Shown here: one piece after another, positions 52,960-64,000 of the stretch
How the letters are laid out: each line of letters begins with the position of its first letter
Numbering within the stretch: the first letter of the stretch is position 1
Assembly (NCBI GenBank): GCA_965285935.1
Contig: OZ260667.1
Coordinates: forward strand, 50,034,001-50,098,000
Length of the DNA stretch: 64,000 nt
From: Ophelia neglecta
Lineage: Eukaryota
Direction of reading: 5' to 3'
Translations under genes and position numbers: made by a program
The notes under the pieces: generated by a model
What the model was told of the DNA's origin: nothing
Databases searched by the model: none
The model's input: only the letters and a program-made list of their open reading frames with translations

Positions 52960-54030
52960 AAAAGAAGAAGCATTTAGTGTGATCAAACTTTTATTCAAAT
53001 TACATATCAACTGCACATCTTAAATGTATGCGGTTCGACCATTCAAAAGAGTTGAGTACATATATTCTTGTATAAATAACATAGCTATATACACGTCTAT
53101 ATACAAACAACATGATCAGGCGGGAAATATGAGGGGACATGAGCCCTTACGCTCAGGCAGCAAGAAGGGGTAGGGGTTCTCACACCCAGGCAGCAAGAAA
53201 AGGATGGGGGTCCAAAGAAAGGGATATGAGCCCTTGAGGAGAGTCCCAAGCAGGGAACAGGAGCCCTTGAAGGGAGGCCCAAGAGATGGACAGGAGCCAT
53301 TACGCTAAGGCAGCATGAAGGGGACCAGAGGGAGGAATTCCAAACAGGAGACATGAGTACTTGAAGGGTGTTCTAAGCAGGCGACATGCGCCCTTGAGAT
53401 GAGGCCCAGATCAGGGGACAGGAGCAAGCAATTTGGGGGAGACGGAGACGGCAAACCGGGCAAAGGATGGCGCTATGAGCGGACAAGATTCCCTATGGGA
53501 TGTCTCCAAGGAGAGGAATTGCGCTCCTATGAAGCGGCCCCGATGAGGGCATGGGATCCTTTAGGAGATGCCAAAAATAGGAGACAGGATTCTTTTGGGG
53601 GCTAGCCTCAATTAGAGCACAGTGTCCTTTATTGCGAAGACCCAAGTAGGGGAGAAATACTTTAGAGACAGAGGACAAAAGACACAGCATCTGTAACGGG
53701 GCACCCCTAAGAAGGGGACATGATCCCTTATGGGAAGGCCCCAAGGAGGGCACAGTTACTGTAGTCATTTAAGGGTATACCCATGAAAGAGCCAGGTGCC
53801 CTTATGATGAGACTCAAAGAAGGGAAAATTAGCCCTTTAAGGGCGACCCCGTAGAAATGATTGGAGCCCATATGGGCAGGCCCAAAAGAAGGAGACATGA
53901 GCCCTTATATGGTGACCAGCAATGAGAGGCAAGACACCTTACCATTAGACCCCTAAGAGTGTAGCGGATCCATTTTGGAGCGCCCAAATGCACACTTAGT
54001 TTAGAATGGTCAGCTCAAGGGGGGAAGAAA
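52960..54030. repeat. Interspersed repeat, copy 3
   Basis: Same anchor at ~53090, and the same distal end as copy 2 (CGGATCC..GGAGCGCC..CTTAGTT..TCAAGGGGGG). Confidence 0.75.
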
Positions 54031-54328
54031 AAGTAGGGTCGTGACCCCGCCGTCATCATGCCCGTGGGCAGACACCGGACCCTTCCGAACTCCGTGGCTC
54101 CGCCTATTGCTATAAATGAGATTGTGTAGTTCAAGTCAACTCTGAAATGCTAGCAGGGACGAGGAATGCGATTCTAAGTAGTATAGTTCTCAGTGCTGCT
54201 AGACTGCCGTCCCTGTTTCTTTCCCTATAGAATGAAATTTGGCACCATGCGTGCCTTGATTTGGTTATTGTTCGCTTTAACTTTACACCAAGTTTGTCAC
54301 CTGTTTGGGCTCTGCGCTGATTTACTGT

Positions 54329-57300
54329 TCAATCAATGCCGTTCGATTCGGTGTCGTTTATTTCGCTGAATTCGTCGTTTGGCGCGATCATCATCGCCAC
54401 CGATTTGAGTGACGAGTGAAGATGAACACTATTCCATTGAATTCCGTTCCGCACAAAGAAGTTTTTGTGGTCCCCCTGGTGGTAAAATACGCCATTAAGA
54501 TGGGACTCGAAACACGCTTTGAACCACCAGGCTCCGTGATAGTGTTTCGCGCAGTTGTCATAGAAACGATCATCGTTGTCTCTGTCGTGTGTGCTGAATG
54601 GTTGGTTGTTATGGTTACCCCAGTACGTTGTCAGGGAATCACCGGCGTTGCCATGGTAATCGTGCACATGCAGACGATATTGGTTTGCCTCGTTGTCGAT
54701 CCGGAAGTGTTCGTACTCGGCCCAGAATGCCTTGCCGGCCCAATCTTCCATTTCGACACGCAATTTGTAGTCACCTGTGAAAAGAAATTAAATAGGGGTA
54801 ATGTGTAGACTGCGCCCATTTTGCACACGACAAACAGAGTGTCAATTTAACGCTTGTAAAATAATACTTAAACTAACGGTATTTATCATCCAAATTAAAC
54901 AAGACTGTGAGACAGTAATAAGTATGCAAGCAATCATACACGAATTGTAGTTTAAAATGTTACTCATCTGGAATCCCCAAGATATTCATGAAAACACGTA
55001 TTTTACTCGGGTCTTCAAAATTTCTACGCTAGTTCTTGCAACTGATTTTAAGCAACGTTTCTGCTAAATTCTATACTATTGCATCTTAATTTAGCGTTGT
55101 GCAAAAAGAAAACATTCCGGAAGAATAATTGTCTTCCCGTTTGTCTCTTGCCCATTCGAGAGTTTCCTTGAAATGATCAAATTACAGCATCACATCATAA
55201 AATGCCCAGTCTTTAGAAACGGAACAAAGTTGGCGTGACATCTGACGGCCGCACCACCAAGGGGAGTGGTCGTCTGCTCCCGGGCGCAAGCAGTATAAAC
55301 AAGAAACCGTAACAATACGAGGGCTTAGTGCAATAACAGTGTTACTAAAAAAAATGGAAATAAATTTGATAACAGTAATGGTTTCTCGTTCTGTAATGTT
55401 TTCGAACAAAATGTCATTTGTAACTGAAGTTATAAAAAGAGGAAACAGGTGTAACTCCTTATCTATTGGGGTTGGCGTTTGTTGCACGCAAGAAAATGTC
55501 GTACGGATTGCGTTAGACCCATAGCGCTTTGAAATTCATTTTGCTTCTACTGCAAGATGACTAAAAGTCGGCTAGACCCTTACTGCACCCAGCCCACGAA
55601 TAACAAGTTTTGAAAATTGACGGCCGAACCACCAGAGGGAGTTGTCGTCTGTCCCGGGCGCATACATTGTAAATATAACCACTTCACAATAACAAAACTA
55701 TCACACAGAGAGCAAAAACAATGGGAAATACCATATATCAACCGGGATTCATTTACAACCGCTAAGTGGTCCATCCACACTCAGCTATGTGACTAATTCG
55801 CCCAAGTACCGGTGGGAAAACGACTCCCAATTTATGGGAGCATAAGTTGTTCCCGAGGTTGAACACGGTGGTTAGATTGCACTGCGGTTTGGACTTCCGG
55901 GGGTGCGGTCAGACCTCGGTTTGGACAGCCGGGGCGCGGTGGGAGCTCCTGCGTGAACGCCGCCCACATTGCAGGCCATGCTGGGGTTACAGCCCGAGTA
56001 CTGGATTACTATTTTAATCAATAACATTTATCTATACCCCGATTGATATTTAGCAATGTGAAAGATATCAGACTACCACGTTACACATGTGTCTAGTGTA
56101 CTCGTTTATCTCAACATTCTAAGCACCCCCAAGTGGATATGGAAGTAAGGGATTCATGTAAACTAAGTTTTTGTAAACGCCAAAATATTGTCCATAAGAT
56201 GTGAACTATAAACAGTTTGATGCAGCTAGGAATATATAATTTCAGAATCTGATGTACATATATAAATCTATATGTTCAATTCAATTTAGATATTACAAAC
56301 AGATCCAGATTTACGTTTTTGAAGTACTTGTAAATATAATATTACGAGTAAAACCCCTCCCTCATTTATTAATTTATATATTAGTCGAAATATTGTGAAT
56401 ATGTATTGTGAACTGACTAACTACTTATAACAAGTCCTACATTTGGATAATAAATTAAAAGATATGTCTTAGCATATCTTTTTGTTTGTTGTAAAATGAA
56501 ATAATAATAGGGCTAAGCGAAGATATGTGTTCGGCTTGATGCAAATTACGTCGCACTTAATACTTGATTTATTGACGTAAAATATGGTTGTTGGTATGGT
56601 TTGCTGTTCCCTGTTCAATTGATTTTGTGCACCCCCCCCCCCCCCGCCTCCCAAATGAGCGCCCCCTCCCTGTTTGATAAAAAAATGACACCCCACCCAT
56701 CCTTATCCCATTTTGTCCCATCCACTGGTGACAGGGCCCGGAGACATTGTTTACTTAGAGACAGATCTCGCGTCTCCACGGGGTAAGGTAATCCCTCTGA
56801 TGTTAAATTGTAGAACTGATCTTTTCATGAACCTCGGCCTTGGCAGAATGTCTCTGTAACGATCAGACGCCTCATCTGGGCACCAGCTACACAGATGAAA
56901 CGATGATTTGGCGGTTTTTAATATAGTTTGTGGGAGCCTTGTTGTTATTGCTACTGATATTTTAAGTTTTTGACTTGTTGAATGCAAGGTTACGGTGTTG
57001 TACTTAACCATGTGTTATTGGAGTGGAGAGTCTCTCCGTCAATATTCGGGGACTGAGTCCACATACCGCCTGTACCCCGGGCTTGTAATAACCTGGGAGG
57101 ATAGTGTGTAGGGGGGGGGGGGAAGGGCGCGACGGGAGAGGGGGGGGGGCAAGGTCATACCTTTGTTCTGATCGCCAAAATTTGGTTGAGGGGGATGGAA
57201 GCTGGGGGGGGGGGGGGGGGCGGGGTAGGCCGGCACGGGCGGGGCAGGTCTCCCCGTGAACATATCCCTAGCGTTCTTACTTCTCAACGTTAGTCCAACA

Positions 57301-60106
57301 ACAGACTGTTCCCACGTGAAAGATTCGTCTCGGACAACTCCCAAATATTTAGCATCATTGAAGCATGACAATTTTACCAGCAAAAACAACAATTAATTTG
57401 GCACACCTGTTAATTCTATATTTTTGTGCCATTTTCAGGGTACAACAGTTATTTTTATTCCATGTAAGGTGACTATCTACGTACCACGCGGCTAACCAGT
57501 CGGCCAGGTTCATAATGCAATGTTCTCTCGAAAAATTCATGACTTTGTAACGGATGGCAGAGCTATCAGTAAAAAGACTTTGTAACGGATGGCAGAGCTA
57601 TCAGTAAAAAAAGCTATAAATTGTTGTAATAATGGAGGTGATTGGGCAAGGCTTTGATCTTAATAAGATCCCATGTGTTGATATATCTTAAGAAGCGTGC
57701 TTGTGTGGGTTTTTGGAGGTACCCACCTCCTTTTAATTTTAAAAATCATACATCGTTGCTAACAATTAACACTTTTCATTTGATCTGGAATGGATCCATT
57801 TTTTTTGGTCTCATACATTCACGTATTGGTCTGATTTTCAAACAGCACTTTGAATTGAATTGAATTTTTGAATTTATTTGGCTCAAATAATATACAGAAG
57901 CAGGCTTAAAATATAGAAGAACTTGATACAAAATAGCTTGAGAGCCGAGGAGACCCACACTAAGGATTTATAAAAAATCCGCTATCATGAAGGCCACAAT
58001 CAGATCACCTAATAGCTAAGGCCAAAATCGCCAAGGGGCCACCTGGTGGCTATGTTGAATACTGCTGGACCAGTCCCTCGGTGATTCTCATAGCACACAT
58101 ACTCGAGGGATAGTTAACATAATAGGTCTCACAACATTTCACAAACAGCTGGAAACAACTGCGGCTAAAGCTTTCAACACAGAGTATTATCTAAAAATAC
58201 AATACGTGGCGAAAAACTCGGTTCGCAGACCAAAGATTGGTACAGAAACTAAAATATTTTTGCAACCATTAGGTATCGACGGCCTATTTCGTTATCGTTT
58301 TCTACATAAAGTGCCTAAAATTGCCTTCTATCCTTAGAAGGCAGTATATCTTTGGTTTCTAACTATTATTTAAATCATGTTTTGGGTTTATTTCAAATAT
58401 CAAGTGACTGGCAATGCGTAGAGCTAACGGGGATATATTTTGGCAAAGCTATGACCCATGGCAGGGAGTGTGTAATTGTAATTGGCGCCAAAAAGGAGAA
58501 ATTCGTGTGATGCAATATGAAATTATGGAATATAGGGATTAGAGGGAGTAAGGGACCAAAGCTCACCCCGGGATATCATGAACCAGGGCCAAGGGTCCGC
58601 TTTCCTGCACTGAACTTCCGCTTGACTTCTTGCGCAGCAAAACAACTTGCTATGAGGCCAAATATTACATTTTTGCCTTCCACGATAACGGTAATTATAA
58701 CAACCTCTCGCAGCCTCAGGGAATTCAATAGGCTTTGTGGGTGGCATTCCGAGCAATGTCTAGCTCGGCCTTTAAACCAGGCAAAGTGTGTCGGCCATGT
58801 TGTTTATCGTGACGTCATTTGTCATCCACCTGTTCTTTACCGCAACATAAAATGTATAAACAGAGTACAAATGTGAGTTGGGCGATGTCAGAGGTCTGCC
58901 AAAGGTTCAGCTAGGCAAGTGAGTGTTATGCAGAGCTGTCAACACCACCACAGGGCGGCCCATACACCATCGTTTATCACTCTAAAATGTGTCTACCCAG
59001 CTAATTATTTTCGTGGAAATCACGGCATTACTGTAAATCTACCTCCAGCAAAAGACGCTAAAATCCGATAACACACACAAAAAAGTTTAAAAACCGTGCA
59101 ATAAACGATAAAGCACTTTCTTCATCGTCTGCGAATACTTCTACGAGTAAGGTATGTGCACAAATGAAGAGGCGGATCAAGGAATTGGAGGGGGAGGGGG
59201 GTACGGGGCAAAGTTATAGTTTCCAATCTATCTCAACATACCCTGGAGTGCGGGATGGGAGTGATCTGGAAGTTGCCGAATAATAGCAGACGGCTAGATC
59301 GTAATCCTGTGTCTGGCCATGAACAATCAATACCGGTAGCCAAGAAAAATTCTCTCTCACATCAGTATAACTAGACCTGCATAATCCGGGGTTAAGGCAT
59401 TGGGTCCCCTAGCCAGAAGATCCCCCCAGAAATACAATAACCACGTAATTTCTTCATTGAGTTCTTCTTGAGGCCAAAATTTTAGGGACCCAAACTAGTA
59501 TAATAAATGATGGGGTCGAGATTAATTATTGGGGTCAAAAGAATGTCACAGCTCAAATGGAATAGAAGGAAAAAGTGCTACGTTAAAAAAAAGGGGGGGG
59601 GGGGTCAATCACTATATAATATATTATTCCCAAAAATAGGGGTCAAAACTATATATCATATGGCGACAAGTGGGTGGATAGGTATATGGAGCGCCCCCTA
59701 TAGGCCTAAAGGTATGAGCTGAGAGACAGCCCCGTGTCTTCAGAAAGGCTGGCGTGGGGGTACAATACATAAAATGTCAAGGATGACCTGCAAAGTAAGA
59801 CCAGCTGAGGACCACGTGTCACTCCGCTGTCGTCTAAAATAGTCCCGGAGCTTATTGGTGGGGCCAATGCCAACTTTAGTTCTATTCATGTATACAAGTT
59901 TCTTATCCCCGCGGAACCAGGAGTACATAGTTTCTTAAAAACTACACAAGATTGTTCTTTTGACCCACCTTGTCTGGTAAGGGCGTGAATCCGGTCGTTT
60001 CCCAGCCACATTTCGCCGGTGGCGGATCCAAAGCCCTCTCGGTACTCCGCCCACGTCCGGTAAAAGTCCACCGACCCGTCCATTCGTCTCTGGATCACCG
60101 TCCAAC
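54329..60106 (-). CDS. Fibrinogen C-terminal domain (FReD) protein, last two coding exons 60106-59969 and 54774-54329; 5' part not found in window
   Basis: [35 protein letters not shown] joined in phase 1 to [48 protein letters not shown]. Confidence 0.93.
57300..57530 (-). mobile_element. Degenerate LINE RT C-terminal fragment
   Basis: [14 protein letters not shown] motif, with an upstream [10 protein letters not shown]-like segment in another frame. Confidence 0.55.
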
Positions 60107-63100
60107 CTGCAAGCAGACGTTAGATGAAAGTAAGTTTCCACCCACTGTCAATACGCTTGCCCACCCGAGCCTCCCTGGGCAGGTACAAACTTAATAAAAA
60201 AAAACCCGAGCAGAGCAAACTGTATGTAATATTAAGCGCCAGACATAGCAATTTGTTTACAAAATAACGACTAAATGTAAACTACTATTAATCTTAAACA
60301 AAATGTTCGAAGTGCTTATCATGGTCATATCGTGAGTCCAAATAAAATGAATTAGAATTAGATGGATTTTTTTTGTTAAATGGGAAAAAATAGCTCCGCA
60401 CATTCCGCGGATAATTATATAGTGTAAAGACAGGTAAATCTCGTAGTGCGTGTAATAAGCCCATTTACCGCACGGAATTAAACTTGGAGTGTGATATCGC
60501 CCACCTTTGCCCTAGTAATGAATCCTGTCTCAAGCCCTACATTCCAGGCCGAGACAAATGTGAGGCAAAGCCGCGGGGAAGTGTGGGCCGGGTGGCCCGT
60601 GGAAAGCCGCTGTTAAGTCGCAGGTGGCACCTAAGCATGCAGGGATGGAAATTAACATTCGCCCAGTCGCCACTGTCGAAAAAGTTTAGGGCAGAGACAA
60701 ATGCAGTATCCACACTATTAACCCTGATGGCTAAAAAGATTTGACCGAGACATTATCACCAGGAAATGTCACTAATATTGGTAGTGACAACGGTGTGAAG
60801 ATCAGTATGTGTGCATTTTGCAACCTATAAGCAATAGGCCACCTAAAGTTACCAGAATGCCCAATTCAAAGTTCCAACTTTTCTCAATGCCGATTACATA
60901 TTCTTAACTCCATTTATAATGTAACAAGAAACAAAATATTTGTCACGATCTGATCTGTTTAATTTGTAATTTAATCACAAGTTTATGTCTTACAAGCGGA
61001 ATGAGCCGATAATGATTAATTTCACATGATAGTTTTGATTTTTTCTCACAGTGGCAGCCAAGATGGCGGGCGAGCCTGGAGGTACTGAGTCAGTATATCA
61101 GGTTTATTAGTTTGACATTGGCGGGCGCCCAGGGACGTTTGGTTATCAAAACACGCCAATAGCTGTTCGGCCACAATTTCCGTGTCTTGATGCTACAAGT
61201 TCCGGTGGGTTCTGTACTCCAGTTCGACTCAATGTGATCCAGACCAGATGGCTCAAAGGCACTTGGCACAATTGTGCAACTACTCTAACTCCATCACAAT
61301 CGAGGTCAAATCCTGAGCGGCAGGTAGATGAAGTTAAAATGGACATGTTGATGTTTACACAGTTGGAGTATAAATATTCATATGAATGCCAGCGGCAGTT
61401 TTCGAAGCATGCGGGGATATTTTATAAATATAAACCCTGTTTTATCGACTCATTTAACGCTGGACTGAGTTTGACTTCACGTTAAGTATATCGCCTGGTC
61501 CGATATCCTTCCGGCTTCACGGCCATACAGATTGTATAGTGTCCGTCTCAGTGATATAGTGATAGGTTGTTAAATTATATTATGACCATGGTTGGAATGA
61601 GCCGAGGGGCTGGGCCTGGGTAGGCTGGGAATAGACCAGCAACTTGTCCGACTATCGGCCATATGTATTCTGTAGTCTAACTGCCCGTCCACCGACCGCA
61701 CTGTGAACTGACTTACTCGTCTATAGTCAAGGCCTTTACCACGCGTGTTCATGTGCAAAATGCTTCCTGGTTTCTTTAATGAAATACTTGTTCTTAATGC
61801 ACAGATTCATGAGCATGTAATCAGTCAAGCTAAAAGTTAACATTTCATTCCAAAATTGTCTTTTACGCAGGGTACTGTATAACTTAAAAGTGTCAAGATT
61901 TGGACCATACATACATAAGCAGTCACAGGCCGTGATTGTAAAATATCGACCTTGAAGCAAAGGCTAAAGTTATATTTGTTGACTCCTGACAACCCCCTAG
62001 GAGCAAGTATTTGGAGAATTATTGATATATATTACCATGTTGTTTTTGTTCTGTGTTGTTCTTACTCGCATTGTTTTGATATATGTTTTATGTCAAATTT
62101 TGATTTTGGAGTGGGTACATACAGCTGTTGCTGTCTAACTCTCATTTTCATGTTACATTTGGTATTTTACAGTGTATATCTCACAGTGTACCATATACGT
62201 TGCCTATACATGACAGTAAATACTATACGTAATGAAATTGGAAATTAAAATATAAGATTCCATAAGCGTCAATAATTTAGTCGGTGAGTTAGAAAAATAA
62301 ATACACATTACACGAAAGGAGGACAGAGATAGAATTCCGAACTCTTAAAATTAACTCTCTTACGTGCCTTCTCACGGCCCTCCATTCATTGCCAACAGAA
62401 GACGTACCACTACTTTATGGGTGCTAAATTAGACCATTTGGCAAATCTGACTTCAGATTACTTAATTAATGTTCCCTTAATGTTCAATTTATGATTTATT
62501 AATGATGGCTAAAACCGTATCTACATGCCCGGGTCCTCTTGGAGTATATTATATATAAAAATTTATTTGCAACTGCTGTTTTGGATGCAAAACTATACAT
62601 ATCTTTCTCATTCTACATTGAGTAATATTTCCCAATATCGTGGTTTGCATTGAAAATAAGCTATTCATAGTTTTATTTAAAATAATTAAAAATCCAATTG
62701 AAATAAAGTGCAAGCGGTTTTTATGCTTTTAAGAAATGGTTAAAATGTTTGATGTTCTCAAGTTCCGCTATTCCGCAGTCAATTTTGGCGGGAAAAAAAT
62801 TGTTAGATCAAAGCTGCCATCTCAATAGCTCGCGTTCTATGGCGGGAGGGTAAACCTAATGTAGAGTGGCACACTGTCTGTTTTCAATTGAAGTGTGCAT
62901 TTCCCGAAATGCATTATGTGCTTGAAAACCAATAAAAGCACTCGAAAATGCGATGGGCAATAACATTACTAAGAGGTTAGACAGCTTACCCACTTTTCAC
63001 AGGTCGGGGTACCTGGTAAAACACATGGGTCCCCTCGAGAACTCCCATTTACTAAGTGTAAAACTGAACAAGTGTCCAACAAAACGGGCTTGAAAGCTCA

Positions 63101-64000
63101 ATCCATCGGAGTATGGAACTCGGTGTTTTCCAAGTTTATAATTTGTTGGTTTATGAAGGATTTTTGCTACACTGTATAATAATGGTAGTTTTTTTTAGAA
63201 ATGGATGCAGTATTAAACTAGCAAACCTAATAAAAGATGCTATTGAGCGCTGGGAATGTTACATCAAAACGCTGTCTGGCAATTACGACATATAGGATGG
63301 TATCCGTAAAACAAATTTTGCAAAAAAAAGCGGGATTTTAGCAGCGCGAGACCGAGCACGCATGCGTGAGGATTATATATGTACCCTAGCTGAAATGTCC
63401 CCAAATTCAAACCCTTGGACAACAAGACCCCGAGGACGGGATTAACCATGCAAGCCATGCAGTGTTTTGGGAGGGGGGGGGAGGGGGACTTCCCGACCTA
63501 TTCCTTGATATACTATAGATTTCGATACCCGCGGACTTTAAATACTAGTGTTTAAAGACAGGGGGTAGTGGTTAAAGCTAATAAATGGGGCATACCTACC
63601 AGGGATTACCATTTCTTTTACACCGACTATAAGTTCCCTTTTAATTCCTATTATCCTGCTGTTGTTATGTTCAATCGTTTATATCACTGCTGCCAGGACT
63701 GCCCCCCCCCCCCCCCCTCCTCCTCCTCCTTAACCCACACGCACACTATCCCTAATCAATGTCTCCTTATCTCAGAGGTAAGGCGAGGTAAGCTTCCAGT
63801 TAATCCCAGAGCACAAGAGAACGCCAAGGTCAGTCAGATAAACCCTGGATATTAAAGGCACTTTCCCAAGAACTACCCATAGAAATGGAGAAAACACCAA
63901 TATTTAACACACAAGCTTACATAAAACAGATAAAGCTGTATTTCTCTCTTAGACACGGCTTATCGCTTATGAATTAAAGATAATGTCAAGAGTGTCAGCA

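Noticed and set aside
56845-56900. Possible Penelope-type hammerhead ribozyme on the minus strand (also CTGATGA/CTGAAGA at ~36483 and ~36636)
   Set aside because: The core motifs are mutated or lack a correctly placed GAAA and pairing stems.
57541-57610. 35-bp direct duplication
   Set aside because: A simple local tandem duplication with no further structure.
61058-61485. CAAGATGGCG start-like motif followed by a short ORF
   Set aside because: No coherent exon chain or recognisable domain could be built.

Overview
AT-rich, intron-containing animal genomic DNA, probably from a marine invertebrate (inference). From left to right: (1) a composite tandem-repeat block (1-5.6 kb); (2) a four-coding-exon gene for a mostly disordered 458-aa protein; (3) two tandem paralogous very large inducible GTPase (VLIG; GVIN1/URGCP family) genes, each starting with a SAM-domain exon; (4) a complete 6.5-kb Kolobok-type DNA transposon (TTAA TSD, THAP-DDE transposase, convergent KolX/P2X7-ballast-like gene); (5) the last two exons of a minus-strand fibrinogen-domain gene, plus MITEs, LINE fragments and satellites. 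Main result: manual splicing of the second VLIG gene reveals four small exons (32814-35351), fragmented in the ORF track, that encode a complete USP-like cysteine peptidase domain. These exons join in frame between the SAM exon and the giant GTPase exon, predicting a ~2064-aa SAM-peptidase-VLIG fusion protein. The peptidase block is a phase 1-1 module and is absent from the neighbouring paralog. All gene models were derived by hand from GT-AG sites and frame arithmetic; no database or expression evidence was available.
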